DNA of 63,962 nt, filler included, from Chiloscyllium plagiosum (taxonomy: Eukaryota), in assembly GCF_004010195.1 (NCBI RefSeq). It is 6 parts of one record of this genome, joined end to end, with 100 filler letters (N's around TTAATTAATTAA, not from the genome) between each part and the next. Parts side by side here need not be neighbours in the genome. Positions count along the whole stretch, not along the records: positions 37,402 to 43,130 come from NC_057716.1; positions 43,231 to 47,702 come from NC_057716.1; positions 47,803 to 55,867 come from NC_057716.1; 3 more parts are not named here. One strand, given 5' to 3'. The first letter of the stretch is position 1. Each line of letters starts with the position of its first letter. The notes beneath the pieces are model-generated. The model worked only from the letters and a program-made list of their open reading frames with translations. It did not search any database and was not told the DNA's origin. Shown in pieces: positions 37,402 to 48,763 of this stretch. The position numbers and the translations under genes were made by a program.

Positions 37402-38100
37402 CAGTAAATAACAGGTAAACAGTGACAAAAGTAAAAACACAGGTACAGGTGAATGTGAAGAGTTTGTGAGTCCATTCAGTATTCTAACAACAGTAGGGTA
37501 GAAACTGTTTCGAAACCGGCTGGTGGGTGTGGTCAGGCTTCTGTACCTTCTCCCTGATAGTAGAGGTTGTAGAAAAGCATTGCCAGGATGGGATGGATCT
37601 TTGAGAATGCTGGCGGCCTTTCCTTCACACCGGGGCCTGGTAGATGGATTCTATAGATGAGAGGTTGGCCTTTGTGATTGTCCGGGCCGAGTTCACCATT
37701 CTCTGTAACCATCTCCGATCTTGAATGGTACAGTTGCCATACCAGGTAGTGATACACCCATTCCTGAAGAAGGGTTTATGCCCGAAACGTCGATTCTCCT
37801 GTTCCTTGGATGCTGCCTGACCTGCTGCGCTTTTCCAGCAACACATTTTCAGCAGTGATACACCCAGACAGATTGCACTCAATGGCGCGCCTATAAAAGT
37901 TGGCAATGATATTCACCATCATGCCAAATTTCCTCAGCTGCCTGAGGAAGAAGAGACATTGTTGGGCCTTTGTAACCAGTGCGTCCACATGAAGAGTCCA
38001 AGAAAGCTTGTTGTGGATGACCACTCCCAGGAGCTTGACATTCTCCACTTGTTCCACCTCTGTGCTGTTAATGTGTAGGGGGGCATGAGTAACATCCCAC
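37402..38100 (-). mobile_element. Rex1/Babar-type LINE 3' fragment
   Basis: HAPLHINSTEVEQVENVKLLGVVIHNKLSWTLH...KAQQCLFFLRQLRKFG...FYRRAIECNLSGCIT / TWYGNCT. Confidence 0.85.
37761..37853 (+). mobile_element. 93-bp PLE mini-insertion beginning with an intact hammerhead motif, 13-bp TSD
   Basis: AGTGATACACCCA at 37748-37760 and 37854-37866; CUGAAGA-A-GGGU-UUAU-GCCC-GAAACGUC. Confidence 0.9.
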
Positions 38101-38279
38101 TGAAAGTCCCAACAGATCTGTTTTAGCCCAGCATGTGGCAATAAGAGTAATACTGGGACCAGTAGGGACACTTTTCCCTCTGAGACAGAAAGCCATTCAT
38201 TCTCATACCCCAGTGTCTGAGCAGAACTGTGGGGCTGATATCTTCTAGTCAGACCGAAGGAGTGCTGCATCATCAAAGT

Positions 38280-38540
38280 AGTTTAAAAGAGACCTAAGAG
38301 GAAACTTCTTCATGCAGAAGGTGGTGCATGTATGAAATGAACTGCCAGAGGAAGTGGTGGAGGCTGGTACAATTACAACATTTAAAAGGCATCTGGATGG
38401 GTATATGAATAGGAAGGGTTTAGAGGGATATGGGCCAAATGCTGGCAAATGGGGACTAGATTAATTTGGAATATCTGGTCGGCATGGACAAGTTGGACTG
38501 AAGGGTTTGTTTCTGTGCTGTGTTTCTGTATGATTCTATG
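38280..38540 (+). mobile_element. CR1 3' end
   Basis: GAACTGCCAGAGGAAGTGGTGGAGGCTGGTACAATTACAACATTTAAAAGGCATCTGGA and 3' UTR. Confidence 0.9.
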
Positions 38541-39169
38541 ACCAAAGGGTCTGTTTCCAAGCTGTATGACCCTATCTACTGTCCTCTCAGCTGGGTAGAA
38601 AAAAATCTTGTGGTACTGTTTAAGAATGATGAGAGGAGGAACCTTTGATCTTCTAACTTCGCATTAATCCCTCAACCAATTGTATTAAAAGCAAACTCCT
38701 TACTTTATTGGGGAACTTCCCCGTGTGAAAATGAGCCACCATGTTTTTTTATAAAATAGCAGGGACTGCACTTCCACAAAATAGTTATTTAATTGAAGCT
38801 TTTTGAAAAAAGGGCACATTTTGTCAAAACTTTACATCCTACACTTATCAGGACAATTTACAAGAAAACCGATGTAAAAGGGGAACATTCTATACTGTTT
38901 GAGAAAAGAGTGCTGATTGGTTGGCAAGGTATGCTAATTCAAGAAGAAAACCAACATTTGTACTTGATGAGAGAAGAATGCTGATTGGTTGACAAGTGAG
39001 CTCCAATTGTTTTGGGGGAGAGAGGAACAGAGTTAATGTTTTGAGCCCAATGTAACTCCTCTTTTGGAACTGCTGATCTAAGACCATAAAACCATAGAAG
39101 CAGAAGTAGGCATTCTGCCCATTGTATCTACTCTGCCATTCTATCATGGCTGATATATCAAGGGAAGAG

Positions 39170-40480
39170 GATAACTAGGGAAAGAGTAGAGCCCATTTGG
39201 GACCAAGGAGATACTCTCTAGGTGGAGTGAGAGGACCTTGACAGAGTGTTGAACCAATGCTTCACATCTATCTTCCCCCAAGAGAATGAAGATGAAGGGG
39301 GAGAGACTGAGAGGTGCTTGAGCAAATTGACATTGAGAAGAAGAAGTATGGAGGTGCTGGCAGGCTTAATTTCCAGGTCCAGATGAATTGTGTCCCAGAC
39401 TGCAGTGGGAAGCAAGGGAGGAGATTACAAGGGGACTGACCCAACTTGTTAATTCCTCTCTTTTCATGGAGGAGGTGCCAAAGGTCTTGAGAACAATTGA
39501 GGTGGTTCAAATATTTAAGTGTAGCGAGCAGCCAGAGAACTACAGATCTGTGAGTCTCACACCATTGGTAGGGGAATTATCAGAGAAAATTCTAAAGGAT
39601 GGCATCTGTCTCCACTTGGGAGAGGCAAGGCTTGATCAGGGAGAGTCAGCTTGGCTTCATCACCAGAAGGTCATGCCCAACAAATTTGATTGAATTTTCT
39701 GAGGAGGCGACCAGGTGTGTAGATGAAGATGTAGTTTATATGGATTTCAGCAAAGTCTTTGTTAAGGTCCCACATAGACTTATCCAGAAGGCATAAATGC
39801 ACGTGGGATATGGGGTAACTTGATAAACCCAATTCAAAATTAGCTCAGGTGGAGAAGACAGAGGTTGATGATGGAAGACTGCTTTAGTGACTACAAAAGC
39901 AGAATCCAGTGGTATATCACAGGGACCTGTGCTCTGTCTCCTCTCATTCACTGTTTATTTTAACTATAGATGACTGTGTAGGGTTTGGATTGGTAAGTTT
40001 TTTGGATAGTGCAAAGATTGATTGGATGGTTAACAGTGAAATTGAGTGTGGTGAGCTACAAGAAGATATAATGGGGATGGTCAAATGGGCAGATAACTGG
40101 GAGTTGGAATTTAACCCTGAAAAGTGAGACTTCAACCACTCTTTGTATAAAAAAAAATTGCTCCTCTTGTATTTTTTGAATATTTCTACTCTCACTTTAA
40201 AAATATACCCTCTAATCTTGAAATTCCGCACCCTAGGGAAAAGACACCTCTCATTTACCCTATCTATTCCCCTCATAATTTTATGAACTTCTATAAGGTA
40301 ACCCCCTCAAACTCCTGTGTTCCAGTAAAAAAAAGTCTCAGGTTATCCAAACTCTCCTTACAACTCAAGCCCTCTATTCTCAGAAACATCCTGATATATC
40401 TTTTCTAAATCCTCTCCAGCTTAATAATATCCTTCTGATAACAGGGAGACAAGAACTGGACACAATGCTCCAGTTAGGGT
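39170..40480. mobile_element. Old CR1 RT fragment (+, to about 40125) and CR1 3' fragment (-, about 40140-40480)
   Basis: PENYRSVSLT, SQLGF...RSCPTNLIEF...VYMDFSKVFVKVPH; minus-strand MRGIDRVNERCLFP. Confidence 0.85.
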
Positions 40481-42216
40481 CTCAGTTTGATGCCTCACCT
40501 GAAAGGTGGGACCCAGAGAAATGCAGAATTGGGGCTGAGATTTTGTATTCATGTTTCTGGAGTGGGATTTTCATGCCCAATCTTCTGACCAAGAGGCAAG
40601 GATGAGAGCACCTGAGCAATAGCTAGAAATTGGGCCATGGGTATGAGCCCATCGACCAATCAAGGAGCTGAGTTTAGAAAAGGCAAGCGCGATGCAAGAC
40701 TTTAAGGAAAGAAAGTTCAGACATAGCCAATGACGCTGGTTAATTGTATAACAACACTTCAAACCAAACCATTACCTATGAAGCACTTAATAAGGTAATG
40801 TGTGGGACGTGTTGTCAAATTTTGCATTTCAATATATAAAAATTAAGGAAGTGAGCCAATAGAGGAAAAGAAAATCGCATCTGTGAAGAAATTATTTGCT
40901 TGGACATTTTCTTGGAGGCTTCACCACATGACCTTCTGCCTCCAACACTCTACCCTTGCTCCCCATAACCGGGGTCACCTGACTAGCCCTCTCCTCACCA
41001 ACTGGGTGACATTTTTTTCCCTATTTGGGAAGTAGGCATTGCTGAGCAAGTCAGTACTTGTTGCCCATCCTTAATTGCCCTTTGAAGTGATTGGCTCTCT
41101 AGGCCATTTCAGAGGGCAGCAGATAGAGTCAAGTACATAGCTGTGGGTATGGAGTCCAGGCTGGGGAAGAGCAGCTGACCTCCTCCCCTAAAGAATGTCA
41201 GTCAACGAGATGGATTTGCATCGTAATTAACAGTGGTCGCCATTAGGCTGGATTTTATTTAATTCCAGTTGCACCATCTATCGCGGTGAGATTTGAACCA
41301 CATTCCCAGGACATTTGCTTGGATTTTAAGATTGCTAACCCAGTGAATGTCGACCTTCCTGCTCCTCAGATGCTGCCTGACCTGCTGTGATTTTTCCAGC
41401 ACCAAACTTGTCGATTCTGACTCTCCAGCATCTGCAGCCCTTACTTTCTCCCAGCCCAGAGATGTTACCATTACACTAACTCAGACTAACAGCCACCCCT
41501 CCAGATGTCCTTAAATGTCACCTTCATGTTATTAAGATTTTTCTGCTGAATTTCGCTCGCAAAAAACTAATCCTTGATTTCCAGAGATCCTAGATGACTT
41601 GACACCAGTAGATGAATGGGCCTCCTGTTTAATTAGACTGCACCATGATATCAGTTACCACAGTTAGCTCTATGGTGCCAGGTATAACTCAGCAACTTTC
41701 TATTCCTGGTCTCTGAGTTAGAGGTTTATGTGTTCAACTCACATTCAAGCCTTGATCACATTAATCAGTGCTCATTTTCCTGTAATGAGGGAGTGTTGAG
41801 CTTTTGATATACCTGTCTTCCAATTCAGATTTAAAACTCATGGCCTTTCTAACCCATACACATCAATGTAACATATCCCACAATACTATTCAGAGGATGA
41901 ACTGAAGAGTTATCCCCAGCTTCCTGATGGCTAATACCCATCCCTTGATCAACATCACTGTAAAAGGTTTTGCAGATTATTATTATATTGCTGTGTGTGT
42001 GAGCTTGCCAGGTTACCTACATGAACTACATTTCAATAGTGTCTCATGACTAAAGAGCACTTTGGGAATTACTGTGATCATTCACTGACCTACATTTTCT
42101 CCTGGTCTACCAACAACTCAATTTCCAAACAAGTACTCATCCTCGCATTTGAATCAGTCACTGTCTTCTGCCTTCTCATTGTAACCACTTAATCCACCAG
42201 CACCTTACAGCTGATA

Positions 42217-42883
42217 ATAGAGTCATAGTCATTGAGGTGTACAGCATGGAAACAGACCCTTCGGTCCAACCCATCCATGCCAACCAGGTATCCCAACCCA
42301 ATCTAGTTCCACCTGCCAGCACCCGGCCCATATCCCTCCAAACCCTTCCTATTCATATATCCACCCAAATGCCTCTTAAATGTTGCAATTGTACCAGCCT
42401 CCACCACATCCTCTGGCAGCTCATTCCATACACGTACCACCCTCGGCGTGAAAAAGTTGCCCCTTAGGTCTCTTTTATATCTTTCCCCTCTCACCCTAAA
42501 CCTATGCCTTCTAGTTCTGGACTCCCCGACACCAGGGAAAAGGCTTTGTCTATTTATCCTATCCATACCCCACATAATTTTGTAAACCTCTATACGGTCA
42601 CCCCTCAGCCTCCAACGCTCCAGGGAAAACAGCCCCAGCCTATTCAGCCTCTCCCTATAGGTCAGATCCTCCAACCCTGGCAACATCCTTGTGAATCTTT
42701 TCTGAACCCTTTCAAGTTTCACAACATCTTTCCGATAGGAAGGAAACCGAATTGCATGCAATATTCCAACAGTGGCCTAATCAATGTCCTGTAGAGCCGC
42801 AACATGACCTCCCACCTCCTGTACTCCATACTCTGACCAATAAAGGAAAGCATACCAAACGCCTTCTTCACTATCCTATCTAC
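42217..42883 (-). mobile_element. CR1 LINE 3' fragment
   Basis: ORF 42303-42761, 152 aa of the CR1 ORF2 C-terminus. Confidence 0.95.
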
Positions 42884-43130
42884 ACCTCTGGGACACCCGG
42901 ACCAACCAACCCAACCACCCCATGGCTCAACACTTCAACTCCCCCTCCCAATCCACCAAGGACATGCAGGTCCTTGGACTCCTCCATCGCCAGACCATAG
43001 CAACACGATGGCTGGAGGAAGAGCGCCTCATCTTCCACCTAGGAACCCTCCAACTGCAAGGGATGAACTCAGATTTCTCCAGTTTCCTCATTTCCCCTCC
43101 CCCCACCTTGTCTCAGTCCCAACCCTCGAA
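42884..43130 (+). mobile_element. PLE GIY-YIG endonuclease C-terminus
   Basis: AQHFNSPSQSTKDMQVLGL...RWLEEERLIFHLGTLQLQGMNSDF. Confidence 0.88.
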
Positions 43131-43230
43131 NNNNNNNNNNNNNNNNNNNNNNNNNNNNNNNNNNNNNNNNNNNNTTAATTAATTAANNNNNNNNNNNNNN
43201 NNNNNNNNNNNNNNNNNNNNNNNNNNNNNN

Positions 43231-43502
43231 ACAGACAGAGGGAGACAGAGAGGGGGAGAGAGACAGTAACAGAGAGAGAGAGAGAGAGACAGAGACGGGG
43301 GGGTTGGAGATGAGGGGGGAGAGGGATAGAGATAATGAGAGAGAAAGTAAGAACGTGTGAGAGCGCGAGAGAGAGCAAAAAGAGACAGAGACAAAGTGAG
43401 GATCTAGTAGTTGGGGTCCAAGTAGTGAAAGGCTCACCTACTGCAATTCGAATCAGGGTCCACAAAAGGGGTATAACTGGAAGAGTATAAATGTCTGAGA
43501 GT

Positions 43503-43541
<39 letters not shown>

Positions 43542-43546
43542 GGAGA

Positions 43547-43602
<56 letters not shown>
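43231..43602. repeat. (GA)n-rich simple repeat, nearly pure at 43505-43602
   Basis: Directly visible. Confidence 0.95.
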
Positions 43603-43605
<3 letters not shown>

Positions 43606-44821
43606 TGACAAAACCTTCTTTAGCTCAACGTCAACTTATTTTATTTCTGTGAAGTACCTTGACATGCTTGAATTAAGTTCAAGGCACTATGTAAAGGAAA
43701 GCTGATGTTATGTTACTGCTTACTGGACAGGGCAGGTGGTCAATGTCTGGTGATCAAGACTGTTTTCAGGTCAAAGTAAAGGAAATTTCCTGTAGTATCT
43801 GATCCTATCATACCTGATGGGGGGGTTGGTTTGAAAAATATTGCAAAGCTCAAAGGTTTACCAGCACTGTATCTTTTACAATAGTCCCCAGCCTCCAAAC
43901 AAACATATACCTGGGATTCTACTGGCAAGAAACATTTTCTCAAGCTTATTCAAGTTCTGCCTTAAATTGCTTTCATTGTATATTCAGTAAGTGCTTCCAT
44001 AAGCATCAGCTTTATATGATAAAATGCTTCCAACGTTCAGCAGCAGAGGTAGAAAATGTCAAGTGTAGGATTTGGATTTCCTGCCAGAAGCTGCTCAGGG
44101 ATTTTAATAAAACTGTTCTCCGAGCCAGCTGTACCTCTTGTTATGCTTTTAATAGATCAAAAAAAATACACAGATTTCTGAACAGGGTGAAACAGAGATT
44201 GCCTAATACCAGGAGACTGAAATTTCCATACATTTTCCACAAAACTGAATGGATTAGGCTGAGTCTCCTTCCTTTCCTGTTACACAATTTAATTAAAGGT
44301 TTATAGCATTGAGGATTCACTCCTCACCCTTTGTCATCAAAATGTCAAATTAAAAGTAATTAGTTCCACTGTGGCTCCTGGTGAGTGACATTGCGTCTGA
44401 CAGCCCCTTGTCTGAAGGCACACTGGAGCAGTTCAATGGAGTGATTTCATCGCAGTCAAAAGCATGTCGACATCACCCCATGAACCATCAAGGACAATGA
44501 GTAATTGGGGAAACTTCACATGGAAAGCAGTGTGAAGCTACTCGATGATGAACTAGTTGCTGGCCAGTGTACTGGGGTTAGGGGAATGAAGGTTGTCAAT
44601 GACAATTCCAATGCTCTCCATTCACCCAACCTATCAATCTGAGCACCTCCAAAATTCTACTGTCTGTGTAGTCTAACTTGTCCAAATTCACCTGTTCTCC
44701 TCAAGTGTACAACATCAATTATCAGTTCAGCCACAATACTTTAAAATTTTGCACGTGTTTTCAAAAGTCACTAAGGTCTCATCCCTCTCCATCTCTAAAA
44801 CATCTTCTGGCCATACAACCT

Positions 44822-45565
44822 CTTATACACTTAATGGTAAGGTCCTAGGGAGTGTTGCTGAACAGAGAGACCTTGGAGTGCAGGTTCATAGCTCCTTGAA
44901 AGTGGAGTCGCAGGTAAATAGGATAGTGAAGAAAGCGTTTGGTATGCTTTCCATTATTGGTCAGAGTATTGAGTACAGGAGTTGGGAGGTCATGTTGCAG
45001 CTGTACAGGACATTGGTTAGGCCACTGTTCGAATATTGCGTACAATTCTGGTCTCCTTCCTACCGGAAAGATGTTGTGAAACATGAAAGGTTTCAGAAAA
45101 GATTTACAAGGATGTTGCATGGGTTGGAGTATTTGAGCTACACGGAGAGGCTGAACAGGCTGGGGCTGTTTTCCTTGGAGTGCCTGAGGGTGCCCTTATA
45201 GAGGTTTACAAAATTATGAGGGGCATGGATAGGATAAATAGGCAAAGTCTTTTCCCTGGGGTCAGGGAGTCCAGAACAAGAGGGCATAGGTTTAGGGTGA
45301 GAGGGGAAAGATATACAGGAGACCTAAGGGGCAACGTTTTCATGCAGAGGGTGGTACATGTATGGAATGAGCTGCCAGAGGAAGTGGTGGAGGCTGGTAC
45401 AATCGCAACATTTAAGAGGCATTTGAATGGGTATATGAATAGTAGGGGTTTGGAGGGATATGGGCTGAGTGCTGGCAGGTCGGACTAGATTGAGTTGGGA
45501 TATCTGGTCGGCATGGACAGGTTGGACCGAAGGGTCTGTTTCCATGCTGTACATCTCCATGACTC
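44822..45565 (+). mobile_element. CR1 LINE 3' fragment
   Basis: ORFs 44749-45201 and 45180-45488. Confidence 0.95.
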
Positions 45566-45584
45566 CAGTCCCTCATTTTCATTA

Positions 45585-45803
45585 AAAACCGAAAAAAAAC
45601 TGCAGACGCTGTAAGTCAGAAGCAAAAACAGAAATTGTTGGAAAAGCTCAGCAGATCTGGCAGCATCCGTGGTGAGAAATCAGAGTTAGTGTTTCGGGTC
45701 AAGTGACCAGTTCCGAGGAAGGGCCACATGAGCTGAAATGTTAACTTTGATTTCTCTCCACAGATGATGTCAGAGCTGCTGAGTTTTTCCAGCAACTTCT
45801 GTT
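45585..45803. mobile_element. Inverted pair of PLE termini (family B), 13-bp TSD
   Basis: CTCATTTTCATTA at 45572-45584 and 45804-45816; arms GTTGGAAAAGCTCAGCAG / CTGCTGAGTTTTTCCAGC meet at a decayed hammerhead. Confidence 0.85.
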
Positions 45804-46097
45804 CTCATTTTCATTACTCCACCACTGGGCCTTTAGCTACTGAATCCCCACCCTAAACAGCATCTCTTCATTTAATACAATCCTTAAAGCCAACCCTCGC
45901 TCATGCAACTTCTGTTAACCTGCAATAATAACTCACTTCAGTGGGTCAGTCCCACATTTTACTTGCATAATTTATCTTATGAAGAACATTACTTTACTGA
46001 AACAGCAGAAGGTTAAAATGTAAAGAATCGTTTTTGTCAATAGATTGTCTCTTTAGACCCAACTAGGGCATCTACCTGGGCATGAAATCTTATCTAG

Positions 46098-46457
46098 AGA
46101 CAAAAAAAACTGCAGATGCTGGAATCCAAAGTAGACAGGCAGGAGGCTGGAAGAACAGAGCGAGCCAGGCAGTATCAGAAGGTGGAGAAGTCAACGTTTC
46201 AGGTGTAACCCTTCTTCAGGGCTGGGGATGGGTGTGGGAGGAGCTACAGATAAAGGAGGTGGTGGGGGCAGGGTGGTGAAGTGGGGATAGGTGAAGCCAG
46301 GTAGAGGGTACGACCCGGTTGGTCAGTGATAGGAATGAATCCAGTCGGTGGCAAGGAGGAGTGGAAGGGAAGGGGACGGGCTGGGAAGGGAGTCAGGGGA
46401 TTGGAAGGAAGGGTTATTTGAAATTGGAGAACTCAACTTTGAGTCGTCCGGGCTTTT
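46098..46457 (-). mobile_element. PLE 3' fragment (family C) with hammerhead motif at 46188-46222, 11-bp TSD
   Basis: ATCTTATCTAG at 46087-46097 and 46458-46468; minus strand CUGAAGA-A-GGGU-UAC-ACCU-GAAACGUU-GACU. Confidence 0.85.
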
Positions 46458-46667
46458 ATCTTATCTAGCGCTCTTCAGGCAAGATGTCTGGCCAGAGTGA
46501 GTGACTTCAGTGCATCACGGATCAAACACAAGCCAATCATCACATCATCTTCTGTGCTACTTGTCTTTTGAGGTGCCCTGCACGCAAGCCTGGAGTCTTC
46601 AGCCTGGATTCATTAAAAAAAATGCTGCAGAGGCAATGATGCATTTTGTTCGAGATCAACAACATAC

Positions 46668-46831
46668 TTGTGGAGCCACTCGATGATCTTATCCTTGGTC
46701 CGCAGATGCGGAAGTGTCCATTTCTCTTCAGTATTTTCAAAGTACTTGAGGGTTGGAAAGCCAGTGATTTGATACTTTTCTCCTAAGTGCTTCTGAGTTG
46801 TGACGTCAACTGCTGCCAACACACCCGGACT
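46668..46831 (-). CDS. PDIA5: Protein disulfide-isomerase A5, internal exon (164 bp)
   Basis: ttatcctag acceptor and gtatgt donor; SPGVLAAVDVTTQKHLGEKYQITGFPTLKYFENTEEKWTLPHLRTKDKIIEWLH resembles vertebrate PDIA5 SGVLAAVDAT...FPTLKYF...LRTKKKFLEWM. Confidence 0.88.
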
Positions 46832-47025
46832 CTAGGATAACAGAGCAAAACCAGTAAGGCAAAGGAGCAGGCAGACAGAAGGGAGGAAAGATAAGAAGGT
46901 ACACTGAAATTTTGCAAATGGGGAAAGGCTGGCATCATTCGTTCTTAGGTGCATTATTCTCACTAACCAATAACTCCGGCTAAAACAGCAAAGTTTTAAG
47001 AAAGAAAGCACAAACATTTCCTTAC

Positions 47026-47096
47026 ATCTCTGTCATTATTCAACACCTCGGCAGCTTCCTCATACTCTGGCTTCATCTTTTTACAGTGACCACACC
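47026..47096 (-). CDS. PDIA5: Protein disulfide-isomerase A5, internal exon (71 bp) with the CGHC active site
   Basis: tttgtag acceptor and gtaag donor; (W)CGHCKKMKPEYEEAAEVLNNDRD splices in frame to the 46831 exon. Confidence 0.9.
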
Positions 47097-47333
47097 CTAC
47101 AAAATTGGAAACAAAAACAGAATTCAGAATGTATCCCATCTCAGAACTAAAGCTCCAGAGAATGTCAGCTCAGTCCATTATTTCACCATAAAAACCAGCC
47201 CAAGGTTCTTTCTGATAATTTTACAGCAACCAGAAATCTAACAGGTCAGAAGGTGTTACCAAATGGCCAAGAGGGGGCAAAAAGAAAGACGGTGACAAAC
47301 CAAGCTTGGAAGAGCAATGCAATTTGTGGTAAA

Positions 47334-47575
47334 CTGGAGACCAGGATTAAACAGCAAAAGTGCGAAGACTGAAGAACGAACATAGAAAAATACAGCGCAG
47401 TACAGGCCCTATGGCCCTCGATGTTGCGCCGATCCAAGCCCACCTAACCTACACCTGGAGACCAGGATTAAACAGCAAAAGTGCGAAGACTGAAGAACGA
47501 ACATAGACAAATACAGCGCAGTACAGGCCCTATGGCCCTCGATGTTGCGCTGATCCAAGCCCACCTAACCTACAC
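47334..47575 (+). repeat. 121-bp tandem duplication (2 copies, 2 mismatches)
   Basis: CTGGAGACCAGGATTAAAC...CACCTAACCTACAC at 47334-47454 and 47455-47575. Confidence 0.92.
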
Positions 47576-47634
47576 TAGCCCACTATCCTCGATATGCCTA
47601 TCCAATGCCCGTTTAAATGCCCATAAAGAGGGAG

Positions 47635-48069
47635 AGGAGAAAGTGAGGGCTGCAGATGCTGGAGATCAGAGCTGAAAATGTGTTGCTGGAAAAGCGCAGC
47701 ACNNNNNNNNNNNNNNNNNNNNNNNNNNNNNNNNNNNNNNNNNNNNTTAATTAATTAANNNNNNNNNNNNNNNNNNNNNNNNNNNNNNNNNNNNNNNNNN
47801 NNCAGCGGATGCAATAGATGATGTGTGTGGAGGTGCAGGTGAATTTGTGGCGGATATGGAAGTATCCCTTGGGGCCTTGGAGGGAAGTAAGGGGGGAGGT
47901 ATGGGCGCAAGTTTTGCATTTCTTGTGGTTGCAGGGGAAGGTGCCGGGAGTGGAGGTTGGGTTGGTGGGGGTAAAGACCACTCCCTCCTTGACTCCCTCG
48001 TCAGGTTGATTCTCCTGTTCCTTGGATGCTGCCTGACCTGCTGCGCTTTTCCAGCAACACGTTTTCAGC
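47635..48069. mobile_element. PLE fragments on either side of gap 47703-47802 (pLTR; Cys-rich linker and GIY-YIG start; pLTR)
   Basis: Minus strand PGTFPCNHKKCKTC...FTCTSTHIIYCIR, the Neptune-type Cys-rich linker before GIY-YIG. Confidence 0.85.
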
Positions 48070-48763
48070 ACCAGTCGATGAAGGTAAGCATGCCGGTACA
48101 GCAGGTAGTGAAGAAGGCTAATAGCATGCTGGCCTTCATAACAAGAGGGATTGATTATAGAAGCAAAGAGGTTCTTCTGCAGCTGTACAGGTCCCTGGTG
48201 AGACCACACCTGGAGTACTGTGTGCAGTTCTGGTCTCCAAATTTGAGGAAAGACATTCTGGCTATTGAGGGAGTGCAGCGAAGGCTCACTAGGTCAATCC
48301 TGGAATGGCGGGATTACCTTACATTGAAAGACTGGAGCGACTGGGCTTGTATACCCTTGAGTTTCAAAGACTGAGCGGGGATATGATTGAGAGGTATGAG
48401 ATTATTAAAGGATTGGACACTCTGGAGGCAGGAAACACGTTACCGCTGATGGGTGAGTGCCGAACCAGAGGACACAGCTTAAAAATATGGGGTAAACCAT
48501 TTAGGACAGAGATGAGGAGAAACTTCTTCACCCAGAGAGTGGTGGCTGTGTGGAATGCTCTGCCCCAGAGGGCAGTGGAGGCCCAGTCTCTGGATTCATC
48601 TAAGAAAGAGTTGGATAGAGCTCTCAAAGATAGTGAAATCAAGGGTTATGGAGATAAGGCAGGAACAGAATACTGATTAAGGATGATCAGCCATGATCAT
48701 ATTGAATGGTGGTGCAGGCTCGAAGGGCAGAAAGGCCTACTCCTGCACCTACTGTCTATTGTC
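48070..48763 (+). mobile_element. CR1 LINE 3' fragment (same subfamily as 2418-2777)
   Basis: KKANSMLAFITRGIDYRSKEVLLQLYRSLVRPHLEYCVQFWSP; TRGHSLKI. Confidence 0.95.

Noticed and set aside
38790..38990. Possible sixth hammerhead/PLE family (minus strand CCTGATAAGTGTAGGATGTAAAG)
   Set aside because: Several core positions deviate and there is no second copy here to support a consensus.
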